A stretch of 64,000 nucleotides of DNA, taken from NCBI GenBank assembly GCA_964291215.2, contig OZ219791.1, positions 2,592,001 through 2,656,000 on the forward strand, in the 5' to 3' direction. Positions within the stretch are counted from its first letter, which is position 1, and each line of letters starts with the position of its first letter. The DNA is from Alphaproteobacteria bacterium (GTDB lineage Bacteria > Pseudomonadota > Alphaproteobacteria > MPNO01 > UBA830). The notes under the pieces were generated by a model, which did not search any database, was not told the origin of the DNA, and was given only the letters and a program-made list of their open reading frames with translations. Of this stretch, positions 19,859 to 35,462 are shown piece by piece. A program made the translations under genes and the position numbers.

Positions 19859-20884
19859 ATGACGGCGTGTTTCACATCAAGGCTTGCGGCTGCAGCGGTT
19901 GCCGGCACCGTCGCATTCGGTGCGCATTCGGTATCGGCGCAGGGGATTCTCAAGGCGGATACGACCGGTGTCGGCGGTGTAAACCACACGCTGTTCATCG
20001 TCCTCGCCAACATCCTCCAGAAAAAGGCGGGGATAACCCTCCAGGTCAACGAGGGCCAGACCCTGACCCGGTCTGCCCTCAAGCTTGGCCAGGGAAAGAT
20101 CGACATGCAGCCTCTGCCGCCGGTGATCACACCCTGGCTCCGAACCGGCACGAGGATGTACAAGAAGGCTCCCGACATCGCCAAGAAGGCAGTGGCGAAC
20201 ATCCGGCTCATCACCGCCTACGGAGCCGGCGTTCGTCACTACATCGTCTGGGCTGATTCGGGCATCAGGACATTCGCCGACCTGAAGGGCAGACGGGTAT
20301 TCGTCGGGCCGCCCGTCGGCGGCGCGTCACCCGTCGCGAAGGCCGTTGTCCGGCTCATGGCCGGTCTGAATGCGGGCAAGGACTATACCGAGGTTCGCTT
20401 GCCGTGGAACGCCGGCATTCAGGCCATGCTCGATGGCAAGATCGATGCCTTCATCCGGCCCGCGGGCATCGGTGCGGCCACGATCGATCAGCTTGGCGCA
20501 AAGCGGAAGTTCTGGCTCCTGGACGTGGAGAACCCACTCAACAAGGCCACATTCAAGAAATTTCTCGGCGGTGGCGGCCGAGGGCTGAACGTGGTGCCCG
20601 CCGGCACCTACAAGAATCAGGCCAACAACGACAAGGATGTGCTGACGGACGGCTTTCGCCACCAGCTCGCCGTCCGCAAGGGCCTCTCCGACGAGCTTGT
20701 ATACAAGATCACCCGCACGTTGTTCGAGAATCTTCCCGAGATGCACAAGGCGGCTGCCATCCTGAAGGACGTCTCGCTTGACGATGTGTTCTCGTTGGCC
20801 AACGTGCCGCTCCATCCGGGCGCCGTGAAGTACTACAGGGAGATCGGCAAGAAGATTCCGGCAAAGCTGACGCCAGCCGGCTAG
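19859..20884 (+). CDS. TAXI-family TRAP transporter solute receptor
   Basis: Signal peptide, DSGIRTFADLKGRRVFVGPPVGG, DELVYKITRTLFEN, VPLHPGAVKYYRE. Confidence 0.88.
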   Translation: MTACFTSRLAAAAVAGTVAFGAHSVSAQGILKADTTGVGGVNHTLFIVLANILQKKAGITLQVNEGQTLTRSALKLGQGKIDMQPLPPVITPWLRTGTRMYKKAPDIAKKAVANIRLITAYGAGVRHYIVWADSGIRTFADLKGRRVFVGPPVGGASPVAKAVVRLMAGLNAGKDYTEVRLPWNAGIQAMLDGKIDAFIRPAGIGAATIDQLGAKRKFWLLDVENPLNKATFKKFLGGGGRGLNVVPAGTYKNQANNDKDVLTDGFRHQLAVRKGLSDELVYKITRTLFENLPEMHKAAAILKDVSLDDVFSLANVPLHPGAVKYYREIGKKIPAKLTPAG

Positions 20885-20955
20885 ATCCGCCACCGGGCGG
20901 CGCGGTACCGGCACCGTCGGCAGGCGGCCGTCCAATCACATGATCGGCAGGATTC

Positions 20956-22911
20956 GTGAACGGGCAGGCTGACCGGATCCGGCGTCTGGTCCGCTACGCG
21001 GCCTTTGCCGTCGCCGCGTTGCTGGCCGTCGTCGGCATCACGAACTCCATGCCGACCTACGGGTTCATCCCGCGGCTCGGACCCTATCCCTCGATCGTCC
21101 TCCGCCCTCTCTTCCTCGGTGCGGCCATCTTCCTCGTGATCGCGAGCAACCCGTTCGCGCGCACCTTCGCCGAGAGATGGCCGCATCTCCGCTGGCTCGG
21201 CCGCCTGGTCGACATCGCCGTCCTGGGCCTTGGATGGTATGTGCTCTGGGTCTATTACCAGGTCCAGATCGAGGCGCAAACGCTCGGTTTCGGCGAGATC
21301 GGCCTCTACCATTTCGGTGTCTCGCTGCTCGCCGCGTCGGTGTTCATCATTCTCAGCTGGAAGGTGTGGGGCGCGCCGCTGTCTGTCGTCGGAATCATCG
21401 CGCTGATCTACTTCTATACCGGTGAGCACTGGCCGTGGATCTTGGAGACCGCACGGGTCGATCTGTCCGAGACGTCCGAAGACCTCTGGTTCAACCAGGG
21501 CGACGGCATCCTCGGTACCATCATGGGGATCATCATCTTCACCGTGTTTCCGTTCATCATGCTCGGGACCATGCTCGAACGGACGGGCGGCGGCCGCTCG
21601 CTGATCAAGCTCGCGGTGCATGTGACCCGGGGATTCCGGGGCGGGCCGGCCCATGCGGCGATTCTCGCCTCGGGTCTCTTCGGGACCATGTCGGGCGGCG
21701 CCGTCACCAATGTCGTCGCCACCGGAGTGATCACCATCCCGATGATCAAGCAGCGTGGTTTTTCTCCGGCTTTCGCTGGCGGTGTCGAGGCCACCGCATC
21801 AAGCGCCGGGCAGATCATGCCGCCGATCATGGGTGCGGCCGCCATCGTCATGTCAGACCTGACCGGCATTCCCTACCTGACGATCATTGTCGCGGCGCTG
21901 CTCCCGGCTCTTGCCTACTACACCAGCCTGTTCACGAGCGTCGTCTTCGAGGCGCGCCGCCTTGGCGTCGAGGCGGAAAGCGAGGATCTCGACCGCCCCG
22001 ATCTCAAGGTCGATCGCCAGGATTACGTCAACCTCGTGATGGTCATCGTCCCGATCGGCGTCGTCATCGCCGCGTTGCTCGAGGGTCTGTCCGCGGCCGG
22101 CGCCGGCATGACCGCCTTCTTTTCGATCATTCCGCTCAGCTTCTTGAATCCCGAGCTCCGCAGACGACCGTTCATGATCGTCGAGGCACTCTCGCAGGCC
22201 GGGCTAACCTTCGGCCGGCTCCTGATGGCGATCGCCGTGGTCGGTATCGTCGTCGCGGTCCTCGGCGCCACCGGTCTGCCGCAGGACTTCGTGACCCTGA
22301 TCAACGAGGTATCGGGCGGCAGCCTGTTCGTGACCCTGATCGTGACCGGGATCGCGGCGCTGATGCTGGGCATGGGCATGCCTACGCTGCCCGCCTATCT
22401 GACGATCGTCCTCATTCTCGGCCCGGCGATGCAGACGCTCGGGCTGACGGTCCTGGCGGCGCACCTCTTCGTGCTCTATTACGCGGTCGCCTCGTCGATA
22501 ACGCCGCCCGTGGCCGTAGCGGCCTACGCGGCTGCGTCGATCGCCGATGCTCCGCCCATCCGGACGGCAATGATGGCGTTGCGCGTCGGGCTGGTGAAGT
22601 TCGCGGTTCCGTTCATTTTCGCCTACTACCCGACGCTGCTTCTGGTTCCGATCGTCTTTCCCGATGGTGAGAGCTTTAGCTGGGTCGATTTCATCTCGAT
22701 CCTCTTCAGGCTTCTGGTCTTCATATATCTGGTCTCGAGCGCCGTCATCGCTTTCGACCAGCGGCGGTTGCCGCCCTGGGAGACGGTCCTGCGGATTCTG
22801 CTTGCGGGCGCGGTCGTAATCACGTGGCCGGTCGTGCACTGGCCTGCGACGGCGGCCGCCTTTGCCCTGGTCGGGTGGCACCAGCTTTCGTTCGGCCGCC
22901 GCCGGCAATGA
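20956..22911 (+). CDS. TRAP transporter fused 4TM/12TM permease
   Basis: RGGPAHAAILASGLFGTMSGGAVTNVVATG, GQIMPPIMGAAA, LGMGMPTLPAY, SITPPVAVAAY. Confidence 0.9.
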   Translation: MNGQADRIRRLVRYAAFAVAALLAVVGITNSMPTYGFIPRLGPYPSIVLRPLFLGAAIFLVIASNPFARTFAERWPHLRWLGRLVDIAVLGLGWYVLWVYYQVQIEAQTLGFGEIGLYHFGVSLLAASVFIILSWKVWGAPLSVVGIIALIYFYTGEHWPWILETARVDLSETSEDLWFNQGDGILGTIMGIIIFTVFPFIMLGTMLERTGGGRSLIKLAVHVTRGFRGGPAHAAILASGLFGTMSGGAVTNVVATGVITIPMIKQRGFSPAFAGGVEATASSAGQIMPPIMGAAAIVMSDLTGIPYLTIIVAALLPALAYYTSLFTSVVFEARRLGVEAESEDLDRPDLKVDRQDYVNLVMVIVPIGVVIAALLEGLSAAGAGMTAFFSIIPLSFLNPELRRRPFMIVEALSQAGLTFGRLLMAIAVVGIVVAVLGATGLPQDFVTLINEVSGGSLFVTLIVTGIAALMLGMGMPTLPAYLTIVLILGPAMQTLGLTVLAAHLFVLYYAVASSITPPVAVAAYAAASIADAPPIRTAMMALRVGLVKFAVPFIFAYYPTLLLVPIVFPDGESFSWVDFISILFRLLVFIYLVSSAVIAFDQRRLPPWETVLRILLAGAVVITWPVVHWPATAAAFALVGWHQLSFGRRRQ

Positions 22912-23272
22912 GTGGCAGGCGGTCCCGGAGCCTGCCCGACAACGGCTCGTCTCCGGTCCCGGGAATCGCACGTGCTGCTTGGGATCCATGGCCCGCGCAC
23001 CCGGCGCCCCGCCTCGGCGGGCTCCGCGGCCCCGTTCACGTCACCTGCAGTCCGGCTCGCGTCGTGATGTTTGCGCTGGTGGCTGCCAGCTGCGCGAGCA
23101 GATCGTCGTCATCGAACGCTGTCATCGGGACGTGGCGTGAACCAAAGATGCGCGCGAACAGTTCCAGGGCGCAGGAAGCGCGCCGGCGCGTTCGCCGGGC
23201 CGCTGGCCCGGAGCCTGCTGCGCAGGGTATCATGGTACCGTAGCAGCAGGCTGCAGGAACGGGGGCATCACG

Positions 23273-23968
23273 ATGGCAAAGGCCAAGTCCGAACTGCGCA
23301 GAAAGCTCGAAGCGGCGGTCGATGAGCGGCACTGCGCCGATCATCCGATGTGGGACAAACTCGCGGCCGGGGAGTTGAGCCGCAATGCCTGCATGGGCTG
23401 GGCGGTGGAACACTATCACTGGATCTCGAACATGCTGCGGGAGGCGACGTTCAGCATATGCGCCAAGGCGCCCGAGGACGCGATCGCCCTGGAACTCGAG
23501 AACTATCGTGAAGAGGAGGATCCGGAAGAGCCGCACATGGATATCGTGCTCAGGTTCGCGGAAGCCAATGGCGCCGACCTCGCCGCGGTGCGTGGCGGCG
23601 AGGGCCTGCCGACGACCCGGTCGTGGGCGGCCTGGCTCAGGCAGGTGGCAAGGGATGAGCCATGGTATTGCGGGATCGCCGCCATCCGCGTTGGCACCGA
23701 ATCCCAGTCGCCGCGTCTCTACAGCCGCGTGCTGCCGTCATTGCGCGAGAACTACGGCTATGACGAGGATGCGATCAAGCATTTCTGGCTCCATTCCGAA
23801 GTTGATATCGAGCATGGAGACCGCGGGTTCGCGCTTCTCGACAGGCACTGCACGACGCCGGAAATGCAGGCGGCCGCGATCCATTTTGCCCGCCAGAGCG
23901 CACGCATGCGCTGGTTCTATTTCGACGGCATTTACCTTCACTACGAGATGGGTTACGCATTGCAGTGA
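23273..23968 (+). CDS. Heme-oxygenase-like diiron protein (PqqC/CADD/TenA superfamily)
   Basis: HCADHPMW, ENYREEE..H, GTESQ, FWLHSEVDIEHG give the E/H ligand pattern of CADD/PqqC-like proteins. Confidence 0.78.
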   Translation: MAKAKSELRRKLEAAVDERHCADHPMWDKLAAGELSRNACMGWAVEHYHWISNMLREATFSICAKAPEDAIALELENYREEEDPEEPHMDIVLRFAEANGADLAAVRGGEGLPTTRSWAAWLRQVARDEPWYCGIAAIRVGTESQSPRLYSRVLPSLRENYGYDEDAIKHFWLHSEVDIEHGDRGFALLDRHCTTPEMQAAAIHFARQSARMRWFYFDGIYLHYEMGYALQ

Positions 23969-24043
23969 CCGAAGCCCGTCGCGGCGCCGGCGTGCTGCCG
24001 GACCGTGGCGTGCATGCGTGAACAGCAACGGGAGAATCGGATC

Positions 24044-24907
24044 ATGCGTCTTGTTTCATTCAGGAAGGGCGGAACGGCTCGGATTGGCGTGCGGACGGAC
24101 GCAGGTCTCGTGGATCTCTCCGCCGTTGACGACAGCCTGCCGACCGACATGAAGGCTTTGCTCGCGAAGGGCAAGGGTGCCCTCCAGCGCGCCGGGCGTG
24201 CGGCCCGGAAGGCGCCGGCCAAGGCCCTGGTGACCGGCCGGATCAACTATCTGCCACCCGTCCCCGACCCGCAGAAGATCATCTGCATCGGCCTGAACTA
24301 CAAGGATCACGCAGCCGAGGCCGGGCTCACGGTTCCGTCCTATCCCGTGATATTCGTCCGTTTCCCGACCTCCATGGTCGCTCACGGCCAGCCGCTGATC
24401 GCGCCCCGCGCGTCCCGCCATTACGATTACGAGGCGGAGCTCGTTGCGGTCATCGGCCGCAAGGCGCGCAACGTCAAGAAGAGCGAGGCGCTTGATTACG
24501 TTGCCGGATATTCGATCTTCAACGAGGGGTCGATCCGCGACTACCAGATGAAGGCGTCGCAGTGGACCGTGGGCAAGAACTTCGATGCTACCGGATCATT
24601 CGGCCCCGAGATCGTGACTGCCGACGAGCTGCCTGCCGGAGCGAAGGGACTGGGCATCCAGTGCCGTGTCAACGGCCAGGTGCTGCAAGATTCGAACACG
24701 AGGGAAATGATCTTCGACGTCAGGGCGCTGGTCTACCAGGCAGCACGCGCGTTCACCCTGCTTCCCGGCGATATCATCGTGACCGGAACCCCGGCCGGGG
24801 TCGGCTTTGTCCGCAAGCCGCCGATCTATCTGAGGAATGGCGATGTCTGCGAGATCGAAATCGAAAAGATCGGGATACTGTCGAACCCGGTCCAAAAGGA
24901 AAAATAG
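24044..24907 (+). CDS. Fumarylacetoacetate hydrolase family protein
   Basis: KIICIGLNYKDHAAE, DYEAELVAVIG, QWTVGKNFD, LLPGDIIVTGTPAGVG. Confidence 0.92.
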   Translation: MRLVSFRKGGTARIGVRTDAGLVDLSAVDDSLPTDMKALLAKGKGALQRAGRAARKAPAKALVTGRINYLPPVPDPQKIICIGLNYKDHAAEAGLTVPSYPVIFVRFPTSMVAHGQPLIAPRASRHYDYEAELVAVIGRKARNVKKSEALDYVAGYSIFNEGSIRDYQMKASQWTVGKNFDATGSFGPEIVTADELPAGAKGLGIQCRVNGQVLQDSNTREMIFDVRALVYQAARAFTLLPGDIIVTGTPAGVGFVRKPPIYLRNGDVCEIEIEKIGILSNPVQKEK

Positions 24908-24997
24908 GGCCTGTCCCCTGCCGGAAGCCCGGTGGCAGGCAGGGCGCCTCGGCGCTCGCCACGCCGTCGGAACTGCGCCGGCGCGGGAGATGGGGCC

Positions 24998-25729
24998 ATG
25001 AGACCCCTGCGTCTTGCCGTACTGGTTGCGGCAGTGGTCGTTGCCGCATCGGCATCCCAGGCCGGCGACCGGCGGGCCGTGGTCGAGCTCTTCACCTCGC
25101 AGAGTTGCTATTCCTGCCCGCCGGCCGAGAGCTTCCTGGGTGAACTCGCCGCCCGCGACGATGTGCTCGCCCTTGAATTCCATGTCGACTACTGGGACAG
25201 CCTGGTCTACGGTTCCGCCGGGAGATGGCGGGACGTGTTCTCGAAACGCGCCTACACCGAACGTCAGGTTGTCTACAACCGCCGTATCCGCGGCCGGTCC
25301 GGGGTCTATACCCCGCAGATGGTCATCAACGGGCAGCGCGAGGCGGTCGGGTCGGATCGCGGCGCGGTGCTGTCCGCAATCGCCGATACCCGGGACGTCG
25401 ACGGCGTCGACGTGAGGATCACTCTCGCGCCCGGCAAGGGGGCGCGTGTTGACCTGTCCGGCAAAGCCGCGCCCGTTGCGGTCTGGCTCGTGCGCTTCAT
25501 TGACAGCAGCTTGACGAAGGTTCGGGCCGGTGAGAACAAGGGCAAGGATCTCGTCAACCATCATGTGGTCACCGAACTCCGACACGTCGGTCGCTGGGAC
25601 GGACGCGAGGCGACCCTGTCGATTCCGGATCTTGCGCTGGCCCGGGGCGAAGGTTGCGCGGTGCTCGTGCAGGACCGGCGCCAGGGCCCCGTGATCGGCG
25701 CCGCGCTCTGTCCCGAACCGGTGTCCTGA
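24998..25729 (+). CDS. DUF1223 thioredoxin-like exported protein
   Basis: VVELFTSQSCYSCPPA, HVDYWD, YTPQMVING, GENKG. Confidence 0.88.
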   Translation: MRPLRLAVLVAAVVVAASASQAGDRRAVVELFTSQSCYSCPPAESFLGELAARDDVLALEFHVDYWDSLVYGSAGRWRDVFSKRAYTERQVVYNRRIRGRSGVYTPQMVINGQREAVGSDRGAVLSAIADTRDVDGVDVRITLAPGKGARVDLSGKAAPVAVWLVRFIDSSLTKVRAGENKGKDLVNHHVVTELRHVGRWDGREATLSIPDLALARGEGCAVLVQDRRQGPVIGAALCPEPVS

Positions 25730-25815
25730 GCCCGTCCCGCAGGCGGGACCGCTGACTGCTCCGGAAGCTCCGCGCCGCCGGTAGCGTCACGCGTGCGGCG
25801 GGTCGCGCCTGCCCG

Positions 25816-28992
<3,177 letters not shown>

Positions 28993-29084
28993 TGTCAAAT
29001 TCCGTCCGTCCGGGGTCGGCCGGGAGGTGGCGCCAGGCGCCGGCTCGCCGATGGAGCCCCGGGGCTGTGCTGCCCGCGGGCCCG

Positions 29085-29555
29085 CTAGAGGTCGCGCGCC
29101 GCCGCGAGAACCTCTTCGACATGGCCGGGCACCTTCACCTTGCGCCATTCGCGGCGGAGCGTACCGGTTTCGTCGATGAGGAATGTCGAACGTTCGATTC
29201 CCATGTACTTGCGTCCGTACATGGATTTCTCGACCCATGTGCCCCAGCTTTCGCAGACCTTGCCGTCCTCGTCTGAAAGCAGTGCGAACGGCAGGTCGTA
29301 CTTCGCCTTGAACTTGTCATGCCTTGCGACGCTGTCCTTGGAGACACCGATGATTTCGGTGTTGGCGTCGTCGAATTCGCCGATGGCATCGCGGAAAGCG
29401 CAAGCCTCCCTGGTGCAGCCCGTCGTGTCGTCCTTGGGGTAGAAATAGACGACCACATTCCTGCCCCTGAGGCCGGATAGCCTGATCTCCCGACCGCCAT
29501 CCGATGGTAGCGTGAAATCAGGTACTTTCCTGCCTTCCGTTGGCTGGGTTGCCAT
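29085..29555 (-). CDS. bcp: Thioredoxin-dependent peroxiredoxin (BCP)
   Basis: VVVYFYPKDDTTGCTREACAFRD, GIERSTFLID. Confidence 0.9.
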   Translation of the reverse strand: MATQPTEGRKVPDFTLPSDGGREIRLSGLRGRNVVVYFYPKDDTTGCTREACAFRDAIGEFDDANTEIIGVSKDSVARHDKFKAKYDLPFALLSDEDGKVCESWGTWVEKSMYGRKYMGIERSTFLIDETGTLRREWRKVKVPGHVEEVLAAARDL

Positions 29556-29753
29556 GCGTTTTCTCCTTGCGATCCTGTCGACCGCTCTCTATTGCGATTC
29601 CGCTCCCGGTTCAGCCCGGGGCTGTGCCGGCGCTGCCCGTCTCAACAGGTCACGGCGATCCGGGAACACGTCTGCAACAGACGGTAGCGGAGCCTCAACA
29701 GGGGTAGCGCGGGGATGAGCCCCGTTCCATGCACGGGGGGCGGCCGGGACACG

Positions 29754-30101
29754 CTATTGAGGATTGGCGAGCTCGACGTTGATGCCGTTGGTGTTGAGAT
29801 ACTCGATCAGTTCGCCGGTCTCGAACATCTCGCGGATGATGTCGCAGCCGCCGATGAATTCGCCCTTGACATAGAGCTGCGGAATCGTCGGCCAGTCCGA
29901 GAACGCCTTGATGCCCTCGCGCACTTCCGGATCCGAGAGCACGTCGATGCCTTTGAACTGCACCCCGAGATTGCTCAGGACCTGGACGCAGACGGACGAA
30001 AAGCCGCACTGTGGGAACACCGGTGTGCCCTTCATGAAGAGGACGACCGGGTTATCGTCGATTTCCTTCCTTATGCGCTGGAAGACCGGATTTTCGTTCA
30101 T
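29754..30101 (-). CDS. grxD: Monothiol glutaredoxin Grx4
   Basis: [34 protein letters not shown]. Confidence 0.95.
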   Translation of the reverse strand: MNENPVFQRIRKEIDDNPVVLFMKGTPVFPQCGFSSVCVQVLSNLGVQFKGIDVLSDPEVREGIKAFSDWPTIPQLYVKGEFIGGCDIIREMFETGELIEYLNTNGINVELANPQ

Positions 30102-30129
30102 GTCGCGTTTTCCTCTCGTGCGATGTTGT

Positions 30130-30372
30130 TCAGTCGCCGGACGCGGGCGTTCCGGTCTGCAGCGCAAGCGCGTGCAACTCGTCGCCCATCCGCCCCTTTA
30201 GCGCTTGGTAGACCATCTGGTGCTGTTGTACGCGTGTCTTGCCCCTGAAGGCAGCCGACACTACCAGCGCGGCATAGTGATCGCCGTCGCCAGCCAGATC
30301 CTGGATCGTGACCTCTGCATCCGGCAGGCCGTCCTTGATCAGGCTCTCGATCTCGGCGGCATTCATGGGCAT
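30130..30372 (-). CDS. BolA/IbaG family protein
   Basis: [31 protein letters not shown]; sits next to grxD. Confidence 0.92.
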   Translation of the reverse strand: MPMNAAEIESLIKDGLPDAEVTIQDLAGDGDHYAALVVSAAFRGKTRVQQHQMVYQALKGRMGDELHALALQTGTPASGD

Positions 30373-30391
30373 CGCGTACCTTCCCGCGCTT

Positions 30392-32614
<2,223 letters not shown>

Positions 32615-32630
32615 CTGCGGCAGGAGGTCG

Positions 32631-33329
32631 TCAGGGTGCCCGCGCCAGCATGTCGGCGAGGGCGTCGAACATCGGACGCCCGTCGCACCCGCCGAGCAGC
32701 GGATCGGCCAGCCGTTCCGGGTGCGGCATCATGCCGAGGACGTTGCGCCCGCGGTTGAGAATGCCCGCGATATTGCGTGCCGATCCGTTGGGGTTCGCCC
32801 CGTCGCCGCGGCCGCCAGCCGGGTCGCAGTAGCGAAATGCGACCCGGTTCTCGCCTTCTAGCTCGTCGAGCACCGCCTCCGGCGCGTGGTAATTGCCCTC
32901 GTTGTGGGCAACGGGGATGCGTACGGTCTGGTCGTGTTTGTAGCGGCAGGTGAAGACCGTATCGGCTGCTTCGATGCGAAGGAAGACATCGCGGCAGACG
33001 AAGCGGAGGCCGGCGTTTCGCATCAGCACGCCGGGCAGCAGGCGGCATTCGACGAGAATCTGGAAACCGTTGCAGATTCCTAGGACCGGCACACCGGATT
33101 TCGCGCGGGCTGCGACCTCGCGCATGACCGGTGAATGCGCGGCCATTGCCCCGGCGCGCAGGTAGTCGCCGTAGGAGAACCCGCCGGGGATGACGATGAG
33201 GCCGACCCTGGGCAATTCGGGGTCGCGGTGCCAGTGCATGACCGGGTCCTCGCCAGTGCTGTGGCGCAGCGCCACGCGCGCGTCGCGATCGCAGTTGGAA
33301 CCGGGCGACACGATGACGGCGGCTTTCAT
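32631..33329 (-). CDS. purQ: FGAM synthase glutaminase subunit PurQ
   Basis: [36 protein letters not shown]. Confidence 0.95.
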   Translation of the reverse strand: MKAAVIVSPGSNCDRDARVALRHSTGEDPVMHWHRDPELPRVGLIVIPGGFSYGDYLRAGAMAAHSPVMREVAARAKSGVPVLGICNGFQILVECRLLPGVLMRNAGLRFVCRDVFLRIEAADTVFTCRYKHDQTVRIPVAHNEGNYHAPEAVLDELEGENRVAFRYCDPAGGRGDGANPNGSARNIAGILNRGRNVLGMMPHPERLADPLLGGCDGRPMFDALADMLARAP

Positions 33330-33568
33330 GGGTCGATGTCGATTTCGTAGTTCTCGATCACCGTATTGGCCAGCAGGCGCTCGCACATGTCGGCGACGAC
33401 GGTGCGCGCCTGGCCGATGTCGGTTTCCGACAGTTCGAGTTCGAGATACTTGCCCTGGCGAACTCCGGTTACCGACGAGAATCCCAGCCCGTGCAGGGCA
33501 TGTGCCACGGCCTTGCCCTGCGGGTCAAGAACGCCGTTCTTGAGCGTGATGTGGATGCGCACCTTCAT
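33326..33568 (-). CDS. purS: FGAM synthase subunit PurS
   Basis: [24 protein letters not shown]. Confidence 0.95.
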   Translation of the reverse strand: MKVRIHITLKNGVLDPQGKAVAHALHGLGFSSVTGVRQGKYLELELSETDIGQARTVVADMCERLLANTVIENYEIDIDP

Positions 33569-33863
33569 GGGTTCATGTTTACCCTGTGCGCCTGCGAATC
33601 GCACCTGTCGTTTCGGATGGCCGGCGGCGCCATGTCGTGTTGTGCCGTTCTGCGCGTTGGAGGGAAAGGGCCGATCTCGCTCCTTGGCGCAGTGGCAAGC
33701 CGGGAGCATTGGTCCTCAACTGTCCGTGGTCCCGATCGCGAACGGGCGACCGCGGATCCGGAATCGATCCCGCTGAGCAGTTTGGCCTCGAATCCCGGCC
33801 CGATCTTGACCCGCGATCCCGGCCTCGTATAGTTCGGGAGCCAAAGGACCGGAAGGGAAAGTC

Positions 33864-34886
33864 ATGACCTCTCGACATCTCAGATCCGTACTCTGCGGAG
33901 CGGCGCTTGCCGCTGCCATTGCCGGCGCCGCCGAGGCCCAGACATTCCGCTTCAGCCAATGGCTGCCTGCCGGACACTTCACCCAGCGTGACGTGATGCA
34001 TGTCTATTTCAAGGACATAGAGAAGGCCACGCAGGGGCGCGTGAAGATCCAGCCCACGGCCAAGGGACTTGGCGCCCCGCCGCGCCAGTACCAGCTCGCT
34101 GTGGACGGAATCGCCGACGTCATCTTCGTGCCGCACGGCTATACTCCCGGCGTGCACCCCCTCAGCGAAATTGCCGAGCTGCCCTTCATGACCCGCAATG
34201 CAGAAGCCAACTCCGTGGCCTACTGGCGCGTCTTCAAGAAGATCCTGCAGCCGGCAGGCATGCACAAGGGCGTGCATACACTGTCCGTCCACGTTCACCC
34301 GGCGGGCCATCTCTACAACAACAAGCGCGAGATCTGGACCCTCGATGGCTTCAAGGGGCTGAAGTTCCGCTCGACGACATTCTTCGTCTCCGAAGCGCTC
34401 AAGAAATTCGGCGCCGTGCCGGTCGCAGGCCCGGTGACAGCGCTGCGCGACGGCCTTGCCAGGGGCGTCTATGACGGGACATCGTTCACCGACGAGGCGA
34501 TCTACAACTTCAAAATCAACAAGTTCGTCAAGTACGTCACCCGCTTCCCCGGCGGGCTCTACAACACCAGCTTCGTCGTTGCCATGAACAGCCGCGCATG
34601 GGACAAGATCTCGGAGGCCGACCAGGCCAAGGTGATGGAGTTGTCCGGCGAGACCTACGCCAAGCGCATCGGCCGGATATGGGATGAGCACGAGAATGCG
34701 GCCGTGCCGAAGCTGAAGGCTGACGGAGTCGTTACTCGCGAACTCGAGGGCGAGACGCTCGCCACGGTCAAGAAGATGTTATCCGGCTTCGAGACGGGCT
34801 GGATTGCGAAGGTGAAGAAAGTCGGCGTCGACGGGGCAGCTGCGATCAAGATGTTCCGCGACGAGGTGGCGACTTACGGCTCCTGA
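33864..34886 (+). CDS. TRAP transporter substrate-binding protein (DctP family)
   Basis: Signal peptide, FRFSQWLP, DGIADV, ELPF, FKGLKFRS, MNSRAWDKIS. Confidence 0.9.
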   Translation: MTSRHLRSVLCGAALAAAIAGAAEAQTFRFSQWLPAGHFTQRDVMHVYFKDIEKATQGRVKIQPTAKGLGAPPRQYQLAVDGIADVIFVPHGYTPGVHPLSEIAELPFMTRNAEANSVAYWRVFKKILQPAGMHKGVHTLSVHVHPAGHLYNNKREIWTLDGFKGLKFRSTTFFVSEALKKFGAVPVAGPVTALRDGLARGVYDGTSFTDEAIYNFKINKFVKYVTRFPGGLYNTSFVVAMNSRAWDKISEADQAKVMELSGETYAKRIGRIWDEHENAAVPKLKADGVVTRELEGETLATVKKMLSGFETGWIAKVKKVGVDGAAAIKMFRDEVATYGS

Positions 34887-34916
34887 CCGCCGCAGCCGAT
34901 TCTGCGGCCGCCGCGT

Positions 34917-35462
34917 ATGCAGCAGATTGTCGAGTTCACCGGCCGGACGGCGTCCGACAGGCTCCTGCAACGTGTCGTGAACATGCTGGACCGCTCGCTG
35001 GGTATCGTCCTTGCGGTCCTCATGTTCGCGATGATGGTGCTGACGTTTTTCGATGTCGTCGGTCGCCAGGGCTTCAACGCTCCGATCAGCGGAAGCAACG
35101 AGCTGACCGAGATCGCGATGGGCTTTGTTGTCTATGCGGGCCTGCCCCTGGTCTGCATACGCCGCGAGCACATCACGATCGGACTTCTCGGAAATCTGCT
35201 GCGCGGGCGGGTGCGACGGTTCCAGCATGTCGCGCTTGATCTCGTGCTTGCGGCGGCGACCTTCATCTGGGCGCGCCAGGTGTGGCTCCAGGGCGAATCC
35301 CTGCTCAATTCCAATGCGGTGCTGATGTTCCTGCAAATCAGCGTCGCACCCTACGTCTTCGCGATGAGCGGCCTGACCTTCTTCTCGTCGTTACTCTTCC
35401 TTCTCCTCGCTTGGTGCCGCCTGCGCGGTGCCGAGCCGGGACCTCCGGTCGCAACGGGCTAG
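34917..35462 (+). CDS. TRAP transporter small permease (DctQ)
   Basis: DVVGRQGFNAPISGSNELTE..GLP..REHITI; four TM segments. The stop TAG overlaps the IS630 TA target. Confidence 0.88.
   Translation: MQQIVEFTGRTASDRLLQRVVNMLDRSLGIVLAVLMFAMMVLTFFDVVGRQGFNAPISGSNELTEIAMGFVVYAGLPLVCIRREHITIGLLGNLLRGRVRRFQHVALDLVLAAATFIWARQVWLQGESLLNSNAVLMFLQISVAPYVFAMSGLTFFSSLLFLLLAWCRLRGAEPGPPVATG

Noticed and set aside
33725-33830. GATC/GATCCC-rich tract between purS and dctP as a methylation switch
   Set aside because: Irregular spacing, and the specificity of the MTase is unknown; the evidence is insufficient.
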